64,000 bases of DNA from an uncultured virus (IMG/VR IMGVR_UViG_3300028833_000080) (Duplodnaviria; Heunggongvirae; Uroviricota; Caudoviricetes). Position 1 is the first letter of the stretch. Each line of letters starts with the position of its first letter. The position numbers and the translations under genes are program-made. Location of the stretch: the IMG/VR virus record IMGVR_UViG_3300028833_000080, one strand, 5' to 3'. The notes beneath the pieces were generated by a model. It was given only the letters and a program-made list of their open reading frames with translations, had not been told where the DNA came from and made no database searches. Shown one piece after another: positions 10,301 through 18,457 of the stretch.

Positions 10301-11310
10301 CGCTTACAAAAGTTCCAATGATAATGTTAATTAAAAGTGGGGCATTTGATGAAATAGAAACTAAATTAAACAATAGAAAAGAAATAATGGCATATTATAT
10401 ATCTCAAATATGTGAACCTAAAAAAAGATTAACACTTCAGAATTTTAATGGTTTAATTTTGCATGGTTTAGTTCCTAAAGAATTAGAAATGCAAATAAGA
10501 ATATTTAATTTTAATAAATATTTAAAAGCATTTAAGTATAAAGAATGGTTTATTTTAGATAATACGGCTATTGATTTTATTAATAAATTTTTATCTGCAT
10601 ATTCAGATAAAATAAAAACAATAGATGAAAAGATGTGCATTAATCAGCGGGAATGGGATAACATTTATCAGATATATATGGATAAAGCACGAGATTGGTT
10701 AAAAGAAAATCAAACTTATGTATTAAATAAATATAATGATATATTATTTATGGAAGTTTGGAAAAAATATGCTGCGGGAACACCTTCCGCCTGGGAGATG
10801 GATGCATTATGCTTTTATCACGGCCCTCATGAATTAATAGATGTAGATAATAAAAAATATAATATAGTAGATTTTAATCAACTTCAGTCTGAAGAAGTGG
10901 AATATTTTTGGAAGCGTGGTAATAATAATATTCCTATTTATAAATTATATAGAATAGCAGGAACAGTACTTACAAAAAATGATAATCGTCATAGTATAAG
11001 TCTTTTAACTACAACTGGAGTAGTGAATGTTAAGTTTACTGGAGAATATTATAGTATGTTTAAACGCCAGATTAGTGAACTTCAACCTGATGGAACGAAA
11101 AAAATTGTCGAACGCGGATGGTTTAAACGAGGTACAAAACTCATGATTACTGGATTTCGGCGAGATGATACTATGGTAGCAAAAACATATAGTAGAACTA
11201 TCGGGCACCAGCTCTATTTGATTACAGATATTATTGGTTCAGATATAAAGTTACAACATGAAAGAGCTACCACTTCAAATGGAATTTTTGAAGATGATTA
11301 TGATGAATAA
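7369..11310 (+). CDS. dnaE: DNA polymerase III alpha subunit (family C, DnaE-type)
   Basis: PHP domain (HSH, TDHE, SDAH), GRGSSC, GDIDLD catalytic motif, HASGV, KYDFL and a C-terminal OB-like region. Confidence 0.95.
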   Translation: MLRFEPHSHTMYSNIRLLDSINRPDQLIKRAVEIGLAGIAITDHEILGCHIEVNKIAAGLRETNPNFKIALGNEIYLTDTRESGQKYWHFILLARDAIGHRQLRELSSLAWMNSYFDRGLERVPTLKSDLEKVVKANPGHLIATSACIGGELSGNTLIMENARKIGDNETAEKAKQNIINFVLWCKNLFNNDFYIECAPGASKDQIIVNKKLVELAQVFNCKMVIGSDAHYLKKEDRYVHEAYLNSKGGERETAQFYEYAYLQTDDDIKENLAPSIGDLIDIMYANSMEIYDKIEWYDLTHPQTIPSVEVQDYPKKVMGKASEKYPTLNSMFSSDDKAERYWVNTCINKLKEKNLFETRYLERLEEEADIKKVISEKLHTNLFLYPITLAHYVDMFWECGSIVGAGRGSSCSGLNHYLLGVTQLDPLKWNFPFWRYLNKERVELGDIDLDLCPSKRPIIIQKIKEERGKNFKPEIDEISRKNLGCTMVATYGTETTKSTILTSCRGYRSENYPNGIDVDTAQYLSSLIPQERGFLWTLKEVIYGNPEKDRKPVTTFINEVNNYPGLLDIMLGIEGLISRRGIHASGVILFDEDPYEFGCFMKAPNGEITTQYDLHMAEAAGMTKYDFLLTEVQDKIAQCIKFLQENGEIEKDLTLREVYNKYFHPDVLDIEDEATWKNIQEGKILNIFQFDSDIGSQAAKKIAPKNMIELSDANGLMRLMTAEKGAETPMDKYIRYKNNIKLWYDEMKKAHLTDNEIKAVEPYFKSSYGVPPSQEQLMMMLMDEDICHFTLAEANAARKIVGKKQMSKIPELKEKIMNQASSAMLGKYIWECGVGPQMGYSFSVIHATAYSFIGYQTAYLATRWNPIYWDTACLVVNSGSLEEDNDQYDEDEEGTVKKKEKGTDFAKVAKAIGEITSHGIEVSLVNINTSDYGFEPDIANNRILYGLKALSNVNAETIEKIKGGRPYTGIKDFMVRCPLTKVPMIMLIKSGAFDEIETKLNNRKEIMAYYISQICEPKKRLTLQNFNGLILHGLVPKELEMQIRIFNFNKYLKAFKYKEWFILDNTAIDFINKFLSAYSDKIKTIDEKMCINQREWDNIYQIYMDKARDWLKENQTYVLNKYNDILFMEVWKKYAAGTPSAWEMDALCFYHGPHELIDVDNKKYNIVDFNQLQSEEVEYFWKRGNNNIPIYKLYRIAGTVLTKNDNRHSISLLTTTGVVNVKFTGEYYSMFKRQISELQPDGTKKIVERGWFKRGTKLMITGFRRDDTMVAKTYSRTIGHQLYLITDIIGSDIKLQHERATTSNGIFEDDYDE

Positions 11311-11312
11311 AA

Positions 11313-11356
11313 GCAGGCGCCGGGACGAGACCCTAAGATCTCTAACTGGCCGCCGC
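11313..11356 (+). repeat. GC-rich hairpin element, copy 2
   Basis: GCAGGCGCCGG...CTGGCCGCCGC with inner GAGA/TCTC stem; no U tract; ends next to the following RBS. Confidence 0.5.
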
Positions 11357-11370
11357 ATAGGAGAAAACAA

Positions 11371-11679
11371 ATGAAAATAATTGAATTATTTAGAGGTCAA
11401 GGAAAAACAACTTCATTAATAATATTAAGTCATTTTACCAATGCAAGAATTATCACCACTACAGAAATAGCAGCTAATAATATTTTAAAGCAATCTCAAA
11501 AAATGAATTTATCTATTATACAGCCAATGAGCTGGAGTTCTTATATGTCTATTGGATGTAAGGGACGCAAAGAAGAAATTTTATTTGATGATTTAGATGG
11601 TATTTTAAATATGATGTTTTGTGGACAAAAAATTTTAGGTGCTACAATAACCAAAAAAGGAGAAGATATTCTTGGATAA
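11371..11679 (+). CDS. Small P-loop-like protein, 102 aa
   Basis: RGQGKTT Walker A-like and ILFDD Walker B-like motifs; AGGAGA RBS. Confidence 0.6.
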   Translation: MKIIELFRGQGKTTSLIILSHFTNARIITTTEIAANNILKQSQKMNLSIIQPMSWSSYMSIGCKGRKEEILFDDLDGILNMMFCGQKILGATITKKGEDILG

Positions 11680-11914
11680 TGTAAATCAAAATTATGATAA
11701 TATAAATAAACCTGCTCATTATACGGCTAATCGTAAATATGAACCAATTGAGGTAATTGAAGATTGGGAATTGGGTTTTTGTCTTGGTAATGCTATTAAA
11801 TATATTTCTAGAGCTGGACGAAAAGATCCCTCTAAAGAAATTGAAGATTTAGAAAAAGCTAAATGGTATATTTGCCGTCGTATGCTAGAACTTCAACAGG
11901 ACAAAAATAGTTAA
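11672..11914 (+). CDS. DUF3310 (SaV-like) protein
   Basis: INKPAHY...FCLGNAIKYISRAGRK...EDLEKAKWY signature; TTG start. Confidence 0.85.
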   Translation: MDNVNQNYDNINKPAHYTANRKYEPIEVIEDWELGFCLGNAIKYISRAGRKDPSKEIEDLEKAKWYICRRMLELQQDKNS

Positions 11915-11940
11915 ACAATATATTGTGTTTTTCAAATATA
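11899..11940 (+). promoter_or_regulatory. Phage-specific tripartite motif, site A (upstream of nrdD)
   Basis: GGACAA-aaatagt-TAA-N18-CAAATATA; same spacing as seven other sites. Confidence 0.65.
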
Positions 11941-11982
11941 TTTACAAACCTTAAAATAATAATAATTAGGGAGGTAAATTTA

Positions 11983-13359
11983 ATGGATTTTTATATTATA
12001 AAAAGAGATGGTACTCGCCAACTATTTAATCCACAAAAAATTAAAGATGCTGTTCTTGCCGCTTTTAAAGATGTAGATGGAGATATTTCTGAATATGCAG
12101 AAGATAAGGCTCAAAATATTGCAGATTATATTGAAGGATATATGAGTGGCTTACCCAATGAACTGACTATTGATGATATTCAAACTCTTGTTGAGCATGG
12201 ACTTATGTCTACAAAGAGAAAAGATGTAGCAACTGCCTACATTGAATACCGCCATGATCGAGATAAAGTTCGTAAATGGAATAACCATATGATGGAGGTT
12301 ATCAAAGAAAAACTTCAAGCCACGAATGTTCAAAATCAAAATGCAAATCTTGATGAACATAGTTTTGGGGGGCGCAAAGGAGAAGCTGACTCTGTACTAA
12401 TGAAAGAATATGCACTTGATAATTGCGTATCTGAAAAAGCAAAATTTAATCATGTAAATAATAGAATTTATATTCATGATTTATCAGATTATGCACTCGG
12501 TGATCATAACTGTCTTTCTATCCCTTTTGATGATTTACTTGCAAAAGGTTTTAATACAAGACAAACAGATGTACGTCCTGCAAATAGTGTAAACACCGCA
12601 TTTCAACTTATAGCTGTGATATTTCAGCTTCAGTCTCTACAGCAATTTGGCGGAGTCGCTGCGACTCATTTAGATTGGACTATGGTTCCATATGTTAGAA
12701 AAAGCTTTAGAAAGCATTTCAAAGATGGAATGTATTATATAGAAGATGCAAGTATATTTAAAGAAACAAGTGATGGAGTTATAGATACTTGGAAATCTGC
12801 AGAAGAAATGAATATTGATGCCCCAGAATATAAAATGTTTCCCAAAGTATATAAATATGCTATGGATATGACAATTAAAGAAACACAGCAGGCAGTTGAG
12901 GGAATGTTTCACAACCTCAATACTCTCCAATCTAGGTCGGGAAATCAGCTCCCGTTCACAAGTATCAACTTTGGTACATGCACCCTTCCCGAGGGTAGAA
13001 TGGTAATAAAAGCTCTTCTTGAAGGAAGCATAAAGGGTGTGGGCAAGTTCCATAAAACTCCTATCTTCCCTTGTTCAATATTCCAATGTATGAGTGGTGT
13101 GAATCGCAAACCTGGTGACCCGAATTATGATTTATATAGATTAGCTCTTGAATCTACGGCCAAGAGATTGTATCCTAATTACGCGAACTGCGATGTTCAA
13201 ATGCAGAAAGATTGGATAAGCTATGATAGAAAACAAAAAGAAGAATATATAAATTCTTTATCTGAAAGTCAATATAGTATTTTAATTCAAAGATTAGAAG
13301 AAAATCCTGAATTACAAAATATTTTAATGCTTGAAATTTACGAAGAGGAGGATGCTTAA
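11983..13359 (+). CDS. nrdD: Anaerobic (class III) ribonucleotide reductase, N-terminal fragment
   Basis: ATP-cone (IIKRDG), IYIHDL, HNCL, QQFGG, NQLPFTSINFG, KRLYPNYAN. Start at ATG 11983 after GGAGG; ends at TAA 13357-13359. Confidence 0.9.
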   Translation: MDFYIIKRDGTRQLFNPQKIKDAVLAAFKDVDGDISEYAEDKAQNIADYIEGYMSGLPNELTIDDIQTLVEHGLMSTKRKDVATAYIEYRHDRDKVRKWNNHMMEVIKEKLQATNVQNQNANLDEHSFGGRKGEADSVLMKEYALDNCVSEKAKFNHVNNRIYIHDLSDYALGDHNCLSIPFDDLLAKGFNTRQTDVRPANSVNTAFQLIAVIFQLQSLQQFGGVAATHLDWTMVPYVRKSFRKHFKDGMYYIEDASIFKETSDGVIDTWKSAEEMNIDAPEYKMFPKVYKYAMDMTIKETQQAVEGMFHNLNTLQSRSGNQLPFTSINFGTCTLPEGRMVIKALLEGSIKGVGKFHKTPIFPCSIFQCMSGVNRKPGDPNYDLYRLALESTAKRLYPNYANCDVQMQKDWISYDRKQKEEYINSLSESQYSILIQRLEENPELQNILMLEIYEEEDA

Positions 13360-13360
13360 T

Positions 13361-13924
13361 ATGAAAGAAATATGGAAAGTGTTTAGAGATTTAAAAGATG
13401 ATAAGCATCCTTATGCTAGTACTTGGGAAGTTTCTAATTTTGGCAACATAAAAAGAGATGGAAACTTAATAGAGTTAAAAATTAATGATTGGGGCTATTA
13501 TGCCCTAAGTTTTGGAATGGTACATAAAATAGTTGCTGAAACTTTTATTCCAAAAACCGAAGAAGATATTAAATTAGGTAGAAATAAAGTAGACCATATA
13601 GATGGCAATAAATTAAATAATAATGTAAATAATTTAAGATGGTGTACTCATGCAGAAAATGTTTCTTTTCCTCTTGCTCGTCAACATCAATATGAATCCG
13701 CGAAGGCTAATGGTTTTAAAGGTAGACCTCCTAAAAAACCTGTCGTGCAACTTGATTTAAAAGGTAATTTTATTGCGGAATATGATAGTGTTCTTGAAGC
13801 AGGAGAAAAAAATAATATTTGGAAAGGTGGCATTTCAACCGTGCTTCATGGAAAACAAAAAACTGCTGGAGGTTATATTTGGAAGTTTAAGGAGGATTAT
13901 GAGAATGAAAAAAATAAGAATTAA
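13361..13924 (+). CDS. Free-standing HNH homing endonuclease (NUMOD4-HNH-NUMOD1 architecture) inserted in nrdD
   Basis: EIWK..WEVSNFGNIK; VHKIVAETF..VDHIDGNKLNN..NLRW..EN; KPVVQLDL..TAGGYIWKF; own GAGGAGG RBS. Confidence 0.9.
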   Translation: MKEIWKVFRDLKDDKHPYASTWEVSNFGNIKRDGNLIELKINDWGYYALSFGMVHKIVAETFIPKTEEDIKLGRNKVDHIDGNKLNNNVNNLRWCTHAENVSFPLARQHQYESAKANGFKGRPPKKPVVQLDLKGNFIAEYDSVLEAGEKNNIWKGGISTVLHGKQKTAGGYIWKFKEDYENEKNKN

Positions 13925-15053
13925 ACAGACCGAGACTCCGGTAGAATTGTTCTCGACCATGGGATGCAGAACCCAGAATGGGGCAGACATTAACGCGTTC
14001 AATTCCTACCAAATGAATATTCAATCAGTAATAGAAACAGGATATTTATATGATAATTATATTTCTGCTGCTCAAAAAGATGGACGAGGTAATATATGTC
14101 CTGCAACTATAATTCTTCCAACGATAGCCATGGAAGCAAAAGAATATTATAATAAAACTTTAAAAGAAGCTGGACCAAATGATAATATAAAAGATTTGAT
14201 AACAGATTTTATGGAACTTCTTGATGAAGCAATTCATGACACTAAAGATGGATTGATTGAGCGTTTTGAATATATATGTAGTCAAGATCCATCTTCCGCA
14301 AAATTTATGTATGAAAATAATGTAATGGCAGGATATATTCCAGAAGAAGGTATTCGTAGCGCTTTAAAGCATGGCACACTTGCATTAGGTCAAATTGGCT
14401 TAGCCGAAACACTTCAAATTCTTATAGGATGTGATCACACAACAGAAAAAGGTATGAGGTTGGCTAAACAGATAGAGCAATTATTTAAAGACCGTTGTGC
14501 CGAGTTTAAAGAAGAATATAGACTTAATTTTGGTGTATATATGACTCCAGCTGAAAACCTCTGCTATACTAGTATGCAGAAATTTAAAGCTCAATATGGA
14601 GAAATCCCTAATGTAAGTGATAGAGAATATTTTACTAATTCCATGCATGTACCCGTCTGGAAAGAAATTTCTCCTTTTGAGAAAATTGATATTGAATCTC
14701 AATTGACAGGATACAGTTCTGCGGGATGTATTACTTATGTAGAACTTGAAGGTGCTATATTAGATAACATAGATGCTCTCGAAACTATTGTAAATTATGC
14801 GATGGATAAAGATATCCCCTATTTCGCTTTAAACGTACCCAGTGATTTATGTCAAGATTGTGGATATACAGGACTAATTAATGATACCTGTCCTCAATGC
14901 GGCGGCAGCCATATACAACATTTACGTAGAGTGACAGGGTATTTAACTGGAGATTACAAATCTTCTTTTAATTTAGGTAAACAAGCAGAAGTTGAAGACC
15001 GCTATGTTCATAGCAAAAAACTTCAAATGGGAGAAAAAAATAATGGAGTATAG
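13905..15053 (+). CDS. nrdD: Anaerobic ribonucleotide reductase, C-terminal fragment (thiyl Cys, Zn site, glycyl-radical loop)
   Basis: FSTMGCRT, DGRGNI, TPAENL, YFTNSMHVP, CQDC/CPQC and RRVTGYL. Own AAGGAGG RBS 9 nt before ATG 13905. Confidence 0.9.
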   Translation: MKKIRIKQTETPVELFSTMGCRTQNGADINAFNSYQMNIQSVIETGYLYDNYISAAQKDGRGNICPATIILPTIAMEAKEYYNKTLKEAGPNDNIKDLITDFMELLDEAIHDTKDGLIERFEYICSQDPSSAKFMYENNVMAGYIPEEGIRSALKHGTLALGQIGLAETLQILIGCDHTTEKGMRLAKQIEQLFKDRCAEFKEEYRLNFGVYMTPAENLCYTSMQKFKAQYGEIPNVSDREYFTNSMHVPVWKEISPFEKIDIESQLTGYSSAGCITYVELEGAILDNIDALETIVNYAMDKDIPYFALNVPSDLCQDCGYTGLINDTCPQCGGSHIQHLRRVTGYLTGDYKSSFNLGKQAEVEDRYVHSKKLQMGEKNNGV

Positions 15054-15534
15054 ATATGCGGCATTAAATAAAAATGATGTTGTAAATGGTGAGGGCATTT
15101 GTGTATCTTTTTGGGTGCAAGGATGTCCCCATCATTGTTCTGGATGTTTTAATCCAGAAACATGGAATTTTAAAGGTGGCTTCCCGCTTCCAGAAAACAT
15201 AAAAGAACAAATTTGTATGGCTCTTGTTGCAAATGGAGTGCAAAGAAATTTATCTATTTTAGGCGGAGAGCCTCTTTGCCCAGAAAATAGGGAGTTAGTT
15301 AAAGATATTATTAAATATGTGAGAATGCGATTCCCACATATTAAAATTTTTATTTGGACTGGATATTTATTAGAAGATTTACAAAAAGAGAATAATGATA
15401 CAATTAATTTTATTTTAAGTAAAATAAATTTTTTGATAGATGGGCCTTTTATTAAGGAACAAAAAGATTTAACCTTAAAATGGAGAGGCTCAACAAATCA
15501 GCGTATTCATCATATGAATTATATAGGTATTTGA
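15043..15534 (+). CDS. nrdG: Anaerobic RNR activating enzyme (radical SAM)
   Basis: CPHHCSGC (CxxxCxxC), ILGGEP, IDGPF and WRGSTNQR; start reassigned to ATG 15043. Confidence 0.92.
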   Translation: MEYRYAALNKNDVVNGEGICVSFWVQGCPHHCSGCFNPETWNFKGGFPLPENIKEQICMALVANGVQRNLSILGGEPLCPENRELVKDIIKYVRMRFPHIKIFIWTGYLLEDLQKENNDTINFILSKINFLIDGPFIKEQKDLTLKWRGSTNQRIHHMNYIGI

Positions 15535-15559
15535 CAAATTTAAAAATTTATGTTATAAT
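15531..15559 (+). promoter_or_regulatory. Consensus SigA promoter
   Basis: TTGACA-N17-TATAAT with extended TG; the -35 overlaps the nrdG stop codon. Confidence 0.85.
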
Positions 15560-15582
15560 ATTTATATAATAAAGGAGAAAAA

Positions 15583-15948
15583 ATGGCAGATATTATACTT
15601 GGTAATTTATATGATTTTAATAAACAAGCTTATGGTAAAGAAAAACCGCTTGATATAATTGCTTTACAGAATAAAGTTGGCAATATGATTAAGGATATCT
15701 TTACTGAAGCTAAATCAACAACATGGATGCTTTTGTGTAAAGAAAGAAGCGATTATACTGTATTTATATTATTAACAACCACAGGCTCTATTAAAGAAAT
15801 GGTGGAAACACTATTAAATAGAGGAGAAGTATTAGATATAGAAAAACAAAAGGATGGTAATTATGAGATTTGGATTAGAGACCCTGAGACAAAAGAGAAT
15901 TTTGCTTATTACTTCTTTGATTACACATTTGGAATTGTTAAAGCATAA
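15583..15948 (+). CDS. Hypothetical protein, 121 aa
   Basis: AAGGAG RBS; downstream of a strong promoter. Confidence 0.75.
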   Translation: MADIILGNLYDFNKQAYGKEKPLDIIALQNKVGNMIKDIFTEAKSTTWMLLCKERSDYTVFILLTTTGSIKEMVETLLNRGEVLDIEKQKDGNYEIWIRDPETKENFAYYFFDYTFGIVKA

Positions 15949-15969
15949 GATTTTTAAAAGGAGAAGAAA

Positions 15970-16221
15970 ATGGATAAATATGTCGTAATTTCAATTCGCC
16001 CTTTTGTTCTAAATCAAAAAATAGAAATATATAATAATGGTAATGTTGAAATTAAAGAGGCTCCATTGGCTAATTTAGGACAAGCAATTTATAATGTATG
16101 TAATACATATAATATTCAAGACGTTCATTTGCATGGCAGTAGATTTATGGCTAATAAAATTGAAAGTCAATTTTCAAATTGTAAATTTGGTAAGAATGAT
16201 ATAAGATTTTATATTCATTAA
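15970..16221 (+). CDS. Hypothetical protein, 83 aa
   Basis: AAGGAG RBS. Confidence 0.7.
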   Translation: MDKYVVISIRPFVLNQKIEIYNNGNVEIKEAPLANLGQAIYNVCNTYNIQDVHLHGSRFMANKIESQFSNCKFGKNDIRFYIH

Positions 16222-16241
16222 TATTTAAAGGAGATAAAAGG

Positions 16242-16541
16242 ATGAAATATTTAGTTAAAACAACAGAACAGTATAGAGTAGATTCTGAGGTTGAGGCAAA
16301 AAAACTTATCGAAGATGCCAAGGCGGAAAGTGGATATACTCTTTCAAAATATTCGTCTGAATATAAATGTACTAAATCAAAAGGTGAAGTAGTTGATGAT
16401 TGGTATAGAGTTCAGTTAATTAAAGAATTCAATCAGGAAAAAGAACCTTCATGTTCAGTTGAAGTATCTTATGCCGTAGAAATGGGAGCTTTTCCAGATC
16501 CCATTGTAACAAAAGAAGAAAGTGACGGTATTGAATTTTGA
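16242..16541 (+). CDS. Hypothetical protein, 99 aa
   Basis: AAGGAG RBS; overlaps the dut start. Confidence 0.7.
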   Translation: MKYLVKTTEQYRVDSEVEAKKLIEDAKAESGYTLSKYSSEYKCTKSKGEVVDDWYRVQLIKEFNQEKEPSCSVEVSYAVEMGAFPDPIVTKEESDGIEF

Positions 16542-16984
16542 TAGTTACAGAGGTAAATATTAAATTACTTAATAAACTGGCAAAGATTCCCACAAGAGGA
16601 AGTGTTGAAGCTGCGGGGATGGACTTATATGCAGCTTCTGATGAAGAAATCTGCATTCCCGCTCATCAAACAGTCAAAGTAGATACGGGAATCTCTTTAG
16701 AAATTCCTAAAGGGTATTTTGGGGGTATATATGCTCGAAGCGGACTTGCAACAAAGCGAAGCTTGCGTCCCGCAAATTGCATCGGGGTTATTGATTCAGA
16801 CTATCGAGGTCCTGTTATCGTAGCTCTACATAATGACAGCGACGAAACTCAGTATATTGATCCTCAGGAGCGTATTGCTCAATTAATTATTCAGCCATAT
16901 CTTAATATTGAATTTAATGTGGTTGATAATCTTGACGATACAGATAGAGGTAGTGCGGGATTCGGATCAACTGGAGAAAAATAA
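16538..16984 (+). CDS. dut: Trimeric dUTPase
   Basis: All five motifs: AGMDL, RSG, GVIDSDYRG, RIAQL and RGSAGFGSTG. Confidence 0.95.
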   Translation: MIVTEVNIKLLNKLAKIPTRGSVEAAGMDLYAASDEEICIPAHQTVKVDTGISLEIPKGYFGGIYARSGLATKRSLRPANCIGVIDSDYRGPVIVALHNDSDETQYIDPQERIAQLIIQPYLNIEFNVVDNLDDTDRGSAGFGSTGEK

Positions 16985-16985
16985 G

Positions 16986-17030
16986 CAAAAAAATAAAGCC
17001 TAGTCTAATTAAAGACTAGGCTCTTTTTTT
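16986..17030. terminator. Bidirectional terminator where the two arms converge
   Basis: AGCCTAGTCT/AGACTAGGCT stem flanked by an A tract and a T tract. Confidence 0.85.
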
Positions 17031-17202
17031 ATCTCATCATAGCGGATGGACCGGTCATCCCCATCTTTGAACTAGGGTCGGCGCCCGCCATATGATCTTT
17101 TACAATATAAAGAATAGCTAATTTTTGACAAATATCATAAGTAAGATATTCTTTTTCTTCTAATTTTTTTATCTCTTGTTCTATTTCCTCTATTTTACTC
17201 AT
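17029..17202 (-). CDS. Small hypothetical protein, 57 aa (MSKIEEIEQEIKKLE...), last gene of the seven-gene operon
   Basis: AAGGAG RBS; ATG overlaps the upstream stop (ATGA); absent from the ORF track because under 60 aa. Confidence 0.7.
   Translation of the reverse strand: MSKIEEIEQEIKKLEEKEYLTYDICQKLAILYIVKDHMAGADPSSKMGMTGPSAMMR
17042..17089 (-). repeat. GC-rich hairpin element, copy 3
   Basis: Minus strand GGCGGGCGCCG...CGGT...CCGC; shares the 11-mer GGCGGGCGCCG with copy 1. Confidence 0.45.
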
Positions 17203-17759
17203 AGATTAATCTCCTTTAATTTTTTCTTATACCTCTTTTTATATTCCTCTTGTTCTACTATTATATCTGAAATATTATAATCAATTGCAGTAAGTTCTAT
17301 ATGTTTTTGGCATGCCTCAGATAATTCTTTGTCTACATCTTCAATATATTTACAAAGTTCTTTGGCAGCAGCCACTTCATTTAATTTTATTAATTCTCGA
17401 TATAATATTTCATATAATTTTTTAGTATCATTTTCCCAAGTAACCCAATGTTCAATTCCTACTTGAATCGCATTTTTTCTTGTAGTTGCATTAACATCAA
17501 ATCGAGTATACTGATACCATGATTCTGGAATAATATTAGGATTTTTAAATGGAGTTTCTGTAATTATTTTGTTATAATGATGAAGATAATAATCTCCTAA
17601 CTTTTTATAATTAGCGTTTTCTATAAAATAGTGGTATTTATGACATGTTTGGTATCCATCTAACCCAATAAATCCAAAGTAATCACTTAATTGTGAATGT
17701 ATCATAAGACCTTCAATCATATGTTCACTCAATTGACTAAAAATTTCATCTATGGTCAT
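17199..17759 (-). CDS. Ferritin-like four-helix-bundle protein (putative), 186 aa
   Basis: All-helical; His/Glu pattern (EGLMIH, HKYHYFIE, WVTWE, EDVDKEL) spaced like ferritin-fold metal ligands. Confidence 0.55.
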   Translation of the reverse strand: MTIDEIFSQLSEHMIEGLMIHSQLSDYFGFIGLDGYQTCHKYHYFIENANYKKLGDYYLHHYNKIITETPFKNPNIIPESWYQYTRFDVNATTRKNAIQVGIEHWVTWENDTKKLYEILYRELIKLNEVAAAKELCKYIEDVDKELSEACQKHIELTAIDYNISDIIVEQEEYKKRYKKKLKEINL

Positions 17760-17977
17760 TTGGTTACCTCCTCTAATATTTTATCTATTTTCCTATCTTG
17801 ATCTTCTAAATGACTATGTATTTCTTTAAGTATAATTTTCATTTTTTCAGCTAAATCATTTTGCAAATCTTGTTTATCTCCTTGAGATAAATTTTCATCT
17901 AAATTCATTAAGCTAATACAAAAACTCATTATACTAATAATATCAAGAAAAGTTAATTGATTGCTATTATTATTCAT
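17756..17977 (-). CDS. Hypothetical protein, 73 aa (hydrophobic N-terminus plus coiled coil)
   Basis: Coupled overlaps at both ends; HLEDQDRKIDKIL heptads. Confidence 0.7.
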   Translation of the reverse strand: MNNNSNQLTFLDIISIMSFCISLMNLDENLSQGDKQDLQNDLAEKMKIILKEIHSHLEDQDRKIDKILEEVTK

Positions 17978-18384
17978 TATAATTTTTCTACTACAATAGC
18001 GATATTGGAGATTGCTGCGGCGGTGCCGGTAAGAACAAAGGTCAAATTAGATAGACCATCACAGCAAGAACAAAATTCTCGAACAAGAGAAGAAATAGAA
18101 AGATTTAGTGGATTATTTGCTACAGAGGTAGACTGTGTTGCTGTAGCACCTGGAATTGCAACACCATCTTTATATACTGTAATAGTTACATTGCCAGCGG
18201 CAGTTGGTGCTGCGGTGATACTAGCTTGAATGTTATAATAACCAGGACCATCTATTTGAATAGCATTTCCAGATAATCCGAGATTAGGTCCATAACGTCT
18301 AATAATAGTTCCTGGATTTATTACCCCATTAAGGGCAACATTTTGAGCAGAAGAATTAGCAGTATAAATTGCTGATTTACTCAT
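17977..18384 (-). CDS. All-beta protein, 135 aa, resembling a BclA C-terminal/C1q-type jelly roll
   Basis: IQIDGPGYYNIQASIT..ITITVYKDGVAIPGA..IAIVVEKL strand pattern; AAGGAGG RBS. Confidence 0.5.
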   Translation of the reverse strand: MSKSAIYTANSSAQNVALNGVINPGTIIRRYGPNLGLSGNAIQIDGPGYYNIQASITAAPTAAGNVTITVYKDGVAIPGATATQSTSVANNPLNLSISSLVREFCSCCDGLSNLTFVLTGTAAAISNIAIVVEKL

Positions 18385-18405
18385 TTTTATTTTCCTCCTT
18401 AATTG

Positions 18406-18444
18406 AAAAGCGGGAATCCGCTCCTGTGATAAGCGGTTCCCGCC
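18406..18444 (-). terminator. Intra-operon hairpin (partial terminator or mRNA stabiliser)
   Basis: GCGGGAA-CCGCT...AGCGG-A-TTCCCGC followed by TTTT on the minus strand. Confidence 0.6.
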
Positions 18445-18457
18445 ATACTATATTAAA

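Noticed and set aside
13150..13970. Group I intron or split intein explaining the nrdD interruption
   Set aside because: No P/Q/R/S elements or non-coding room. The C-terminal fragment has no His-Asn/Cys-Ser-Thr intein junction, and both downstream ORFs have their own RBS. No in-frame matched codon for ribosomal hopping was evident.
11923..14992. ORF-track starts at 11923, 13331, 13773 and 14992 (also 5961, 33099, 50317)
   Set aside because: Downstream ATGs with well-spaced RBSs (11983, 13361, 13905, 15043, 5994, 33093, 50299) fit domain boundaries better.
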